From: a virus | Strand: one strand, 5' to 3' | IMG/VR virus record: IMGVR_UViG_3300045988_017601 | Coordinates: 1 to 17,977 of that record | DNA length: 17,977 bases | Part shown: positions 5,800 through 13,974 of the stretch, piece by piece | Numbering within the stretch: position 1 is the first letter of the stretch | Layout: the number at the start of each line of letters is the position of its first letter | The notes under the pieces: model-generated | Told to the model about the DNA's origin: nothing | Database searches by the model: none | The model's input: only the letters and a program-made list of their open reading frames with translations | Program-made: the position numbers and the translations under genes

Positions 5800-7527
5800 A
5801 TGCCGACTACCCCCGTGGTGACGCCCAGGCAGCAGCTTAGGCCGCTCACTGAATTCAACAACGCCCAGATTCTTAACATGATTAGGAACGAGGCGTCCCC
5901 TGAGTACCAGCGGCGTATGCCGTCCGCTACCCAGATGAACATGGATAGGCAGATGGCTACGCTTATGTCGAGTACTCAGCTGAAGAACGAGTTTTACTCG
6001 GCGTTGGTGAACCGTATCGGCGGCACGTATGTCAACACGTGGCGTTGGAATAATCCGCTTGGCGTGTTCCAGCGCGCCTCGCAGGCGTTTGGTGACACGT
6101 GGCAGGAAATCGCAGTGGGCATGCCGCTTGCGCAGGTCTATGACCCTGACGCGGAATACTTGGGCGCGGATAACTTCCGCAAGTGGAAGATCGACGTGGA
6201 TAGCCTCTATCATCGGCTGGACTTCGCCCACTGGTATCCGGCGACCACGGATGACAAGACCTTGCAGCGCGCGTTTACGTCCGAGAATGGTCTGGCCTCG
6301 CTGACTTCGCAGATTCTCACGTCTTGCTATAATGCGGCTGAGGTTGACCTTTTCGAGGCCATGTGTCATCAATTCGTGGAGTACGCGAAGCTGGGCGGGT
6401 ATTGGCGTGTTCACATGGAACATGATTTGAACAACATGGGCAGTTCGGAGACGGACGCCCGCGATATGCTGCGCCAGATTCGCGCATGGGCCGACACGCT
6501 GAAGTTTGTCAGCACCCGGTATAATGCGCGGCATATGCCGACGTTTGCGCGCTCCGACGAACTGGTGCTGTTCTGTTCCCCCGAGGTGAAGAGCGCTCTG
6601 GATGTGCAGGGTCTTGCTACCGTGTTCCAGCGTACGGACGCCGAGCCGACCATCGACCGGATTATCGTCATCCCGCAAGACCGGTTCGGCATGGACGGTG
6701 TGCAGGCCATCCTGACCACCGACAAATTCCTGGTTGATATCCCGGTCATCAATGAGATGACGCAGCAGACCAACCCGGTTAACATTAACTCGGTTAACCA
6801 TTACCTGCATGTGCAGCACATTATCAGCGTGTCCGGCTTCGCCCCGGCAGTGATGTTCTGGACTGGTGCCGGATCCACCGCCAAGGTGGTGGCGCCGACC
6901 GGTACGCAGGCCCAGAAGCCGGCGTTCCAGCTTAAGCTTGCCATGTACGGTGGCGGCACGTCCACCCCGAGCAATGTGGCGCGTGGCGGCGCGGTGCAGG
7001 TCACCGCCGATACGGCCATCACCAACGATGGCACGGCTACGTTCCGGTCGGATGCGGTTGAGTACCGCATTGGCGATACCGCCAAGCCGAAGAGCGATTA
7101 CACCTACATCTCGCCTACCGGCGTGCTGGTGGTGGGTCTGGATGAACCGAACACCACTATCCCGGTCACGGCAACCGCGCTGTACACGGATCCGAAGACC
7201 CCCGAGGTGCCGGGCACCGTGTCCGCGGCGCTCGACGTGCCGGTGACCGGTGATGGCGTCATCGGGTTTAATCCGTCGATTATCGCGTCGATTGCCGTCA
7301 ACGTCTCGAATGTGACCACGGGTCATACGACGCAGGCGACCGCGACGGCGACCATGATTGACGGACGTACCGCCGACGTGACCGCGCAGGCCGCATGGAC
7401 GTCCGGCACCCCCGCCAACGCCACCGTGTCCGAATCGGGCGTGGTCACCGGTGTTAAGTCGGGTAGCTCTGATATTACCGCCACGCTGTTCGGCGTGTCC
7501 GGTAAGAAGAGTGTGACCGTATCCTAG
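5800..7527 (+). CDS. Major capsid protein (phi29 gp8-like) with C-terminal Ig-like (Big_2-type) domains
   Basis: GAAAGGA RBS then ATG at 5800. LNMIRNE, ALVNRIGG, NNPLGVF and CYNAAEVDLFE match remembered phi29 gp8 segments (VNAIRNS, SLVDRIG, NNPLKKF, IYNSAEVDEYE). The C-terminus TADVTAQAAWTSGTPANATVSESGVVTGVKSGSSDITATL is a classic Big_2 pattern. Confidence 0.9.
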   Translation: MPTTPVVTPRQQLRPLTEFNNAQILNMIRNEASPEYQRRMPSATQMNMDRQMATLMSSTQLKNEFYSALVNRIGGTYVNTWRWNNPLGVFQRASQAFGDTWQEIAVGMPLAQVYDPDAEYLGADNFRKWKIDVDSLYHRLDFAHWYPATTDDKTLQRAFTSENGLASLTSQILTSCYNAAEVDLFEAMCHQFVEYAKLGGYWRVHMEHDLNNMGSSETDARDMLRQIRAWADTLKFVSTRYNARHMPTFARSDELVLFCSPEVKSALDVQGLATVFQRTDAEPTIDRIIVIPQDRFGMDGVQAILTTDKFLVDIPVINEMTQQTNPVNINSVNHYLHVQHIISVSGFAPAVMFWTGAGSTAKVVAPTGTQAQKPAFQLKLAMYGGGTSTPSNVARGGAVQVTADTAITNDGTATFRSDAVEYRIGDTAKPKSDYTYISPTGVLVVGLDEPNTTIPVTATALYTDPKTPEVPGTVSAALDVPVTGDGVIGFNPSIIASIAVNVSNVTTGHTTQATATATMIDGRTADVTAQAAWTSGTPANATVSESGVVTGVKSGSSDITATLFGVSGKKSVTVS

Positions 7528-7536
7528 TGGTATAAT
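7528..7536 (+). promoter_or_regulatory. Perfect extended -10 element TGGTATAAT immediately after the capsid stop codon
   Basis: Read directly. Sits upstream of two hairpins. Confidence 0.3.
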
Positions 7537-7580
7537 GGGAGGGTAGCCGGTTGGCTACTCCCTCTCACGGTGTGATGCAA

Positions 7581-7625
7581 GTCAAGGCCCGGAGCGCAAA
7601 CCACGTGAGCGCTCCGGGCCTTGAC
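7581..7625 (+). terminator. Perfect 17-bp stem hairpin after the capsid gene (no U-tract)
   Basis: GTCAAGGCCCGGAGCGC (7581-7597) pairs with GCGCTCCGGGCCTTGAC (7609-7625), with an 11-nt loop. A weaker hairpin precedes it at 7537-7566. Confidence 0.65.
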
Positions 7626-7643
7626 CATACCGGAGGCTAAACG

Positions 7644-9941
7644 ATGATTGATGATGCGAATCTTTACGTGGAATCCAATTTTTCATGGGCGGAATGGACG
7701 CCCAACACCACACTGAAACTCTGCCGCGTACCGTGGGATGCTTCATATCGGGATGTGGTTCGGTTTGTTTCACGTGAAACACAACGACAATGGTTCGATA
7801 ATCTGGATGGCGTGGAATGCCGTCCGGCCACCATGCACATTTTCGGCGCTCCCGTGCGTATCGACATGCCATTCAACCAGGCATCGAACTATAATTATCT
7901 TGTCGCCGTCAACGATTACCCCGAGCTGGAATCGCCACGCGCATGGTATTACTTCATCGAATCCGCGGAATACATTAACGCCCACACCACACAGCTCACG
8001 CTTATGCTGGACGTATGGCAGAGTTTCCAATTCGACGTGAGTTTCGGCAGTTGCTACGTGACGCGCGGGCACATCGGCGTAGCCAACGAACACCAGTGGG
8101 ATGATTACGGGCGCACCACGCTCGCACTCCCGGAGGGGCTGGACACGGGCGCGGAAACCGTCATCACCTCACAGTCGTATACGGCGCTTATGTCCAGTAA
8201 GCCCGTGCAACCCGGTTTCAATTCACCGACCTTGGATTATGGCGTCATTGTCGTGGCCACGACCGACCTTGTGGCGTCGGGCGGCAGCGCTGAAAAACCG
8301 TCATTGAAAACCGCGCAAGGCTCCCAATTCGAGAATCAATCCAATGGGGCGGGAATCTATTATTTTGATACCGCCGATGATTTTACGCGCATCATGCAGG
8401 CGGGCAGCTCATTCCCGTGGGTTACTCAGGGCATTACGGCGATTTACGCCATTCCTAAAATCAGCGCCGACTATATTGCCGACGCGGGCCGTGAGGTAAC
8501 GCAATTCTTCGGGGCCGGCGCGGCCGGTGTGATTAAAGGCCACGTATACACGTTCCTATGGGAGGCTAAGAGCGGTAACCGGTATGATGATATTGTTTCC
8601 GTCAAGAATTTTCGCGATAATTTTAACATTCCGAGCCGGTATCGCAATCTGAAAAAACTGCGATGCTACCCGTATAGCGTCGTGGAATGCTCATGCCTGA
8701 ACGGCTCAAACGTCATCTATCGGCCCGAGGATATCCAGTCCAATGACCTGACTATCCGCGAGACGTGGAACTATGCGCCCCCGTCACCTCGTTTGAACTT
8801 CTACCCGGTGGACTATAATGCGGGCGGCGCAGCTACGGTCGGCTCCCCGTCCGGGAATGGTACCGGGTTGCCGATCGATGGCGGGGAAATGTTGAATGTC
8901 AGCTTCGGGATTACGAACTTCCCGCAGTTCATGGTGGTCAACAATGGGGCCGTGCTTGCTATGGCGAACGGCGCGTACACTCGCGCTTACGCGGAACAGT
9001 CAGCCGGTTGGGCGCAGCAAAAAGCGACCATGAGCGCGGCCAACACGTTATCTCAGGCTGGTACGGCGATTCGTACCCAACAACAGATGACACAGCTTGG
9101 CGTAACCAACCGTAACGCGTTGAACGCCATCGCAGCCAACTCGCTCAATCAGTCGCTGGCTATCGGGCAGGCGAACACCAACGCCATGACCGATTTGAAC
9201 GTGTCCCAGAATAACGCGCAATCGGCGTGGGGCTTGATATCCAATGCCGGGAATGCGCTTATGTCGGGGAACGTGGCCGGGCTGATTGGCGGTACTGTCG
9301 GCGGCATCGTACAGAACGGCATCGCCAACAGTGGACTGTATGCCAGTCGTGATATCGCCAACGATACGGCAGCCGCGAACACGGCCAACAGTGTGGCGAC
9401 CAATGCGGCGCAAACCTCTCAGGCGAACTCGTACGCGCAACGCGCCCAGCAGATTCAGGGCACGTCCAGCGCCCTCATGGCCGGGCAGAACTATCGACTG
9501 GCCACGCGCTTTGCCGAGGGTGATTATGAAAACGCGATTGCCGGAATCAATGCGCAAGTGCAGCAAATGCAGATGACACCGCCGACCACAAGCGGCGCGG
9601 CGGGCGGCGATTCGTTCAACCTCGCCAACGGCATCATGGGCGTTCTGATACGGTTTCGCACGTGCGCCCCCGGCGCGCTGCGTTCGGTGGGCGAGTTCAT
9701 GCTGCGATTCGGGTATTTTGTCCAGCGGTTCATCACCCCGCCCGCAAGTCTGCAATGTATGGAAAAGTTCACGTACTGGCAGATGCAGGAATGCTACATT
9801 AGGGGCACGTTGCCCGAGCAGGCGCGATTGACCATTAAGGGCATGTTCGAGCGTGGCGTGACCGTGTGGGCTAAGCCGGAGTATATCGGCGTGACCGATT
9901 GGGCGGACAATGATCCGCTGCCGGGCGTTGGCTACGAGTGA
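7644..9941 (+). CDS. Tail knob / distal tail tube protein (phi29 gp9-like)
   Basis: GGAGG RBS. VPWDASYRDVVRF, AWYYFIESAEYIN, DVWQSF.FDV, CYPYSVVE and the C-terminal FGYFVQR...GVTVWA resemble remembered gp9 segments (VPFSNDYKNTRWF, WFYAFVTELEF, DVLQTWMFDI, MYPYCVTE, YGYKINR...GITLWH). Confidence 0.85.
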   Translation: MIDDANLYVESNFSWAEWTPNTTLKLCRVPWDASYRDVVRFVSRETQRQWFDNLDGVECRPATMHIFGAPVRIDMPFNQASNYNYLVAVNDYPELESPRAWYYFIESAEYINAHTTQLTLMLDVWQSFQFDVSFGSCYVTRGHIGVANEHQWDDYGRTTLALPEGLDTGAETVITSQSYTALMSSKPVQPGFNSPTLDYGVIVVATTDLVASGGSAEKPSLKTAQGSQFENQSNGAGIYYFDTADDFTRIMQAGSSFPWVTQGITAIYAIPKISADYIADAGREVTQFFGAGAAGVIKGHVYTFLWEAKSGNRYDDIVSVKNFRDNFNIPSRYRNLKKLRCYPYSVVECSCLNGSNVIYRPEDIQSNDLTIRETWNYAPPSPRLNFYPVDYNAGGAATVGSPSGNGTGLPIDGGEMLNVSFGITNFPQFMVVNNGAVLAMANGAYTRAYAEQSAGWAQQKATMSAANTLSQAGTAIRTQQQMTQLGVTNRNALNAIAANSLNQSLAIGQANTNAMTDLNVSQNNAQSAWGLISNAGNALMSGNVAGLIGGTVGGIVQNGIANSGLYASRDIANDTAAANTANSVATNAAQTSQANSYAQRAQQIQGTSSALMAGQNYRLATRFAEGDYENAIAGINAQVQQMQMTPPTTSGAAGGDSFNLANGIMGVLIRFRTCAPGALRSVGEFMLRFGYFVQRFITPPASLQCMEKFTYWQMQECYIRGTLPEQARLTIKGMFERGVTVWAKPEYIGVTDWADNDPLPGVGYE

Positions 9942-9947
9942 TACAAT
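9939..9947 (+). promoter_or_regulatory. Extended -10-like TGATACAAT, 6 nt upstream of the portal ATG (leaderless geometry)
   Basis: Hexamer TACAAT is at 9942-9947 and the ATG at 9954. No well-spaced SD is present. Confidence 0.3.
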
Positions 9948-9953
9948 GGTGAT

Positions 9954-10904
9954 ATGAGTAGGTCTAAGAGGAATCGGGTTGGCGGCGCATTGCACCCGCG
10001 TGGCAATTATGCCAAGGCGCGCGCCGCCAGTCTTGACGGGATGTATTATCATCTGTTGTCGGAGTTGGCGCTGAACCGTTTCAGCTGGCGCGGATTGCCG
10101 CCGACCGTGGACGAGCGATGGCTTGAAATGTGTTTGTGTGAATACGGTTGCGCGTTGTTTTTCGAGGACAGGCGTATAGGCCGGTTCCTCGTAACTCAGG
10201 CCGGGTATCAGGGCCGTTTGAACGTGTATAACAATCCCACCATGTTTGAGCCGGTGGGCGTCAACTACCATTACAAGCAGCTCAAGGCAGGCAGGGAGTG
10301 CATCCCTATTTGGGATAATCGTATGCGCATGAGTTTCAAGGACATTCTATGGCAGTACGCGCGACGCCTAGCCGATATCGATAAAGCCTATGACGTGAAT
10401 CTGGAGAGCCTGAAACTGCCGACCATTATCACCGCCGACCCGCGTACCAAGCTCACGGTACAGAACATGCTGCAGCAGCGGCAGGATGGACAAGACTACA
10501 TCATCGGCTACGATTCGCTGGATCCGGGTAGCATGTTCCAACCGTGGCCCAACACCACGCCCTACCTCTTGGATAAATTTATTCAACAGAAGGCGCAGGT
10601 GACTAATGAGGTGCTGGGGTACTTGGGTATCCAGTCCAGTGGTACGGAGAAAAAGGAGCGGCTTATATCGGATGAGGTGGCGCAAGCCAACGAAAAGGTT
10701 GACGTGTTCCGGTTGAGTTTCCTGAAGGCGCGGCAGGCGGCGGCAACGGAAATCAACCGGTTGTGGCCGCAACTGAACGTCTGGGTTGAGTATGCGGACG
10801 CGCAATCGAGCGGCGTACCCAACGCGCTGGATCCAAGCGCCTCGGGTACGACGGATATTGACATGCCCGCCTCATATGACGCGGGTATCGGAGGTGTATT
10901 GTAA
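9954..10904 (+). CDS. Portal / upper collar connector protein (phi29 gp10-like)
   Basis: MSRSKRN, FSWRGLPPTVDERWLE and GTEKKERLISDEV resemble remembered gp10 segments MARKRSN, FEWENLPPTINPSFLE and LEKKERMVTDEV. Size is 316 aa versus about 309 aa. Confidence 0.88.
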   Translation: MSRSKRNRVGGALHPRGNYAKARAASLDGMYYHLLSELALNRFSWRGLPPTVDERWLEMCLCEYGCALFFEDRRIGRFLVTQAGYQGRLNVYNNPTMFEPVGVNYHYKQLKAGRECIPIWDNRMRMSFKDILWQYARRLADIDKAYDVNLESLKLPTIITADPRTKLTVQNMLQQRQDGQDYIIGYDSLDPGSMFQPWPNTTPYLLDKFIQQKAQVTNEVLGYLGIQSSGTEKKERLISDEVAQANEKVDVFRLSFLKARQAAATEINRLWPQLNVWVEYADAQSSGVPNALDPSASGTTDIDMPASYDAGIGGVL

Positions 10905-11695
10905 TGCAGGACTTTACCGCCTACGCGATGGCCACGCCCGGAGAGTACACCGAAACGTTGGGCAATCTCATTGCGTTCGGATATGATACGGACGCCAAGC
11001 TGCATTTATCCGCCGGCTATTATCCGATTTATGACGAGTCCCATCGCGCCGAGTTGAACGAGAAGATTGTCCGCCATTACGCATTGCGGGAAATCGGGCA
11101 GGAAACCGCGCAACAGTTCATTTTCTATTTGGGGATGACGATGGCGGAAATCATGCCCTATTTTAACGAGCGCTACCGCACGCTGGACATGGAATATGAT
11201 CCGTTGGATTCCATGGACATGACCACGGATAGTGAGAGCGGCAGCGAATCCCAGTCCTCGGGCAAGGCGTCCAGCACGCAGGATTCGACCAGCAGCAGCA
11301 CCAGCAAGTCGGATAATAGCAGCACCACCACGTCCAAGAGTTTCGATAGTGACGTGCCGCAAACCGGCGTCGTGGGCGACTTCGCACGCTACGCCTCCCA
11401 TGCGAACGAATCGCAGGCGGACAGTTCAGGCACCGCATCCAGTTCGCAGGACTCGACCAGTCACACCACCGCGCAAAGCGCCACCGATTATCAGCATGAT
11501 TCGAGCAATGCCAAGGGCAGGAGCCATGTGACCGGGCGCAGCCAGAGCGCCATGAGCCTGATTCAAGAGTACCGGCAGGCGATTATCAATGTGGACATGG
11601 AGGTTGTGCGGAGTCTCGAACCGTGCTTCATGCAGGTGTGGGGGTCTTATGATACAATCTTCAGTAACTGCCATAATTATGGAGAATGGGAGTAA
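10904..11695 (+). CDS. Lower collar protein (phi29 gp11-like)
   Basis: GGAGGTG RBS and a TAATG stop/start overlap with the portal gene. Has a conserved-looking N-terminal domain (YPIYDESHRAELNEKIVRHYALREIG) and a long Ser/Thr-rich central segment. Position after the portal fits. Confidence 0.65.
   Translation: MQDFTAYAMATPGEYTETLGNLIAFGYDTDAKLHLSAGYYPIYDESHRAELNEKIVRHYALREIGQETAQQFIFYLGMTMAEIMPYFNERYRTLDMEYDPLDSMDMTTDSESGSESQSSGKASSTQDSTSSSTSKSDNSSTTTSKSFDSDVPQTGVVGDFARYASHANESQADSSGTASSSQDSTSHTTAQSATDYQHDSSNAKGRSHVTGRSQSAMSLIQEYRQAIINVDMEVVRSLEPCFMQVWGSYDTIFSNCHNYGEWE
11650..11658 (+). promoter_or_regulatory. Second copy of TGATACAAT, about 40 nt upstream of ATG 11698
   Basis: Same 9-mer as at 9939. 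Lies inside the 3' end of the collar gene. Confidence 0.25.
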
Positions 11696-11697
11696 TC

Positions 11698-12336
11698 ATG
11701 GTTGCCATTAACGCACTGGTTCCACGGCAACGCTTGTTCGACGGGATACCCACGTCCGTTCCGTTCACCTATCGGGATGGACTGACCACGTTACAGCTGA
11801 TTGAATGCCTACGCCACAATCTTGATATTCTCCAATGCGATTTACGCAAGCTGGAGGATACCACCACCGACCTAACGGCATCCGTGGATAAGGCACTTGC
11901 GGATACCGTGGCGCAGATTAACGAGGACATGGCCGGCTTGCGCGCGGAAATGCTCGCCCTGATTCATGAGATGGAGCAGCAGGGCGTGGCCACCTCCCCG
12001 GTCTACGGCACCGTGCAGCCGCTCGGGCAGGTGCTGGGCGGCATTTATGATAATTCGCGTGACCACGGATTGTTCTGGGGTGACTATGATGACATGGGGT
12101 TGACCGCTCAGGAATACGACGGCCTTACCCTCGGCGCACGCGAATACGATTTACGCGCCACCGCCGTGGATAATTGCGTGCCGGGCGATTTTCCGGGACG
12201 CTCCCAATTCCCCTACGGGAAGAGCATGCCCGAAAACCCGCCCGCCGACATGGCGTTTATCACGCAATCCGAAGCGGATGCACGCTATGTGGAACGTAAC
12301 CCGTCCGTGTCGAATTTTGAGCATGGCGGGGTGTGA
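11698..12336 (+). CDS. Putative tail appendage / fibre-associated structural protein (212 aa)
   Basis: GGAGAATGGGAG RBS. Coiled-coil-like central region and a C-terminal FITQSEADARYV string typical of fibre proteins. Position between the collar and fibre genes fits. Confidence 0.4.
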   Translation: MVAINALVPRQRLFDGIPTSVPFTYRDGLTTLQLIECLRHNLDILQCDLRKLEDTTTDLTASVDKALADTVAQINEDMAGLRAEMLALIHEMEQQGVATSPVYGTVQPLGQVLGGIYDNSRDHGLFWGDYDDMGLTAQEYDGLTLGAREYDLRATAVDNCVPGDFPGRSQFPYGKSMPENPPADMAFITQSEADARYVERNPSVSNFEHGGV

Positions 12337-13034
12337 GTGTGACCGCCACCAACCATACCGAACGCTACGGGCTAAGCCAGTATACGGACGACGACCACCC
12401 CACGTATACCGGCGATTACAATGGCGACATGTCCAAGATTGATGCGGCGATTTACGCGGCATCCCAGTCGGGCGGATTAACGGCGGTCGAACATGACGCC
12501 ACGCTTACCGGCGACGGCACAAGCGGAGCGCCATTGGGTATGGTGGCCGGTACGGCAGTCAAACCGGTGGACAATAAGTGGAATGAAATAGATTTCAATG
12601 ATTATTACACCAACGGAATCTATACGTTCAACGGTGAGTCAACAAACGGCCCTAGTGCATCCTGGACTAGTGGTTCCCTTATAGTCCTGAGATCTTACCG
12701 AACTGTAATACAGATTTATTCCGCTAACCAGTACGAACCAAACACCAAAATGGCCGTGCGGTACGCCACTACCGCTACAGGGGCTGACCCGACCGCAGAG
12801 GATTGGAGCGCATGGGCTGATATAGCCTACAAGAACGATATACCCGACGTTTCCGAGCTGACTTCCCATATCGCCGCACTGGAATCTCAGGTGGCGGCGC
12901 TCACCGCCGCCGCAACCCCGAGCGCCACGGGTCTTACCGCCGAACAATTGGACACGCAATATTCGGATGATTATAATATTGTTCGGGTAGGGACGCCTAC
13001 CCGTAACACTGAAACGGAGGAATCCTCACAATGA
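12333..13034 (+). CDS. Putative tail fibre / receptor-binding protein 1
   Basis: GTG at 12333 overlaps the upstream stop (GTGA). Shares an N-terminal motif with the next gene. Has a beta-rich distal domain (GSLIVLRSYRTVIQIYS...WSAWADIAY) and a short coiled coil. Confidence 0.55.
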   Translation: MSVTATNHTERYGLSQYTDDDHPTYTGDYNGDMSKIDAAIYAASQSGGLTAVEHDATLTGDGTSGAPLGMVAGTAVKPVDNKWNEIDFNDYYTNGIYTFNGESTNGPSASWTSGSLIVLRSYRTVIQIYSANQYEPNTKMAVRYATTATGADPTAEDWSAWADIAYKNDIPDVSELTSHIAALESQVAALTAAATPSATGLTAEQLDTQYSDDYNIVRVGTPTRNTETEESSQ

Positions 13035-13918
13035 GTACCACACAACACACTTCACACTACAATCTGCCGACGTTCGGGGATAATCCGAACGACCGCCCGT
13101 CGTGGCGTGGTGATTTCACCGACGCCATGACCAAGATTGATAATCAGATGTACGCCAACGCCACCAACATCACCACGGCTACGGCGGCGGCGAACAACGC
13201 CAAAACGGCGGCGGACGCAGCGAAGGAATCGGCCGACAGCGCTGCGGAGCTTGCGCAGACCAACAAGGCCGATATTACCGAGTTGGATGGCTATTTTAGT
13301 AAGCTCGGCGTCACGTCGGCGCAGACCGCGCAGAACCTTATGGACACCATCAACGGTAAGGCGGAAGACACGGCCCTGACTGCATTGCAGGGTACGGTAT
13401 CCTCTCTGTCCGGCAGGGTTGACGGTAAGGCCGATTCTTCTAACGTCTATTCCAAGGCGCAGGCTGACGCTACGTTCACCAAGCAGGGCGGATATGCGGG
13501 CACCGCGCAGACCATTTACAACAAGGCATCGCAGGCGGCGACCGACCTGCAAAGCCTCAAGACCTCGGGGCAGGCGGCCACCCTTGTTGATTCCGGCGAG
13601 GTCAACCACAAGGGGCTCAAGATTCAGTGGACTGCCTACTACAGCCACGTTACCCGACTCATGACCATCCGCGTCAACGCCTCCGGTGCGATCACGGGCG
13701 GTATCAACAGGGACGAAGTCGAGCTGGGAACGCTTGACGCGCAATATAGGCCGACGGTTGACATGCGTACCGTCGTCGACGTGGTCAACGAGGGGCCGAC
13801 GTTCCTGATCGTCAAGGCCGACACGGGCAAGGTCAGGGTTGATTTCAATATCAATTCTTCCACGTCCCCGTTCTACGTCGACCTTATTGGCATCGTGCCG
13901 TATTTTGTTGTCGGCTGA
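13031..13918 (+). CDS. Putative tail fibre / receptor-binding protein 2
   Basis: ATGA overlap with the upstream gene. Same N-terminal motif, an Ala-rich coiled coil (AAANNAKTAADAAKESADSAAELAQ) and an unrelated C-terminal domain. Confidence 0.55.
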   Translation: MSTTQHTSHYNLPTFGDNPNDRPSWRGDFTDAMTKIDNQMYANATNITTATAAANNAKTAADAAKESADSAAELAQTNKADITELDGYFSKLGVTSAQTAQNLMDTINGKAEDTALTALQGTVSSLSGRVDGKADSSNVYSKAQADATFTKQGGYAGTAQTIYNKASQAATDLQSLKTSGQAATLVDSGEVNHKGLKIQWTAYYSHVTRLMTIRVNASGAITGGINRDEVELGTLDAQYRPTVDMRTVVDVVNEGPTFLIVKADTGKVRVDFNINSSTSPFYVDLIGIVPYFVVG

Positions 13919-13935
13919 CAACGGGTCGATGCATC

Positions 13936-13965
13936 ATACCCCGCTCGGTACTCCGGGTGGGGTAT
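13936..13965 (+). terminator. Hairpin after the fibre genes (about 11-bp stem with 2 G-U pairs)
   Basis: ATACCCCGCTC (13936-13946) pairs with GGGTGGGGTAT (13955-13965). Confidence 0.45.
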
Positions 13966-13968
13966 ACT
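13963..13968 (+). promoter_or_regulatory. -10-like TATACT, 6 nt upstream of ATG 13975 (leaderless geometry)
   Basis: Read directly. The only SD-like run (GGTGGGG) lies about 12 nt from the ATG. Confidence 0.25.
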
Positions 13969-13974
13969 GATATC

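Noticed and set aside
5509-7326. 605-aa minus-strand ORF antisense to the scaffold and capsid genes
   Set aside because: It is Arg/Gly/His-rich low-complexity sequence fully overlapping a confidently identified capsid gene. This is a typical antisense open frame in GC-rich coding DNA, and it has no RBS.
9048-10271. 407-aa minus-strand ORF antisense to the tail knob and portal genes
   Set aside because: Same reasoning. It spans a gene junction, is Arg-rich, has no start signals, and both sense genes have clear homology.
13052-13921. 289-aa minus-strand ORF antisense to fibre gene 2
   Set aside because: It is an Arg-rich mirror frame of a coiled-coil Ala-rich gene, with no RBS and no terminator of its own.
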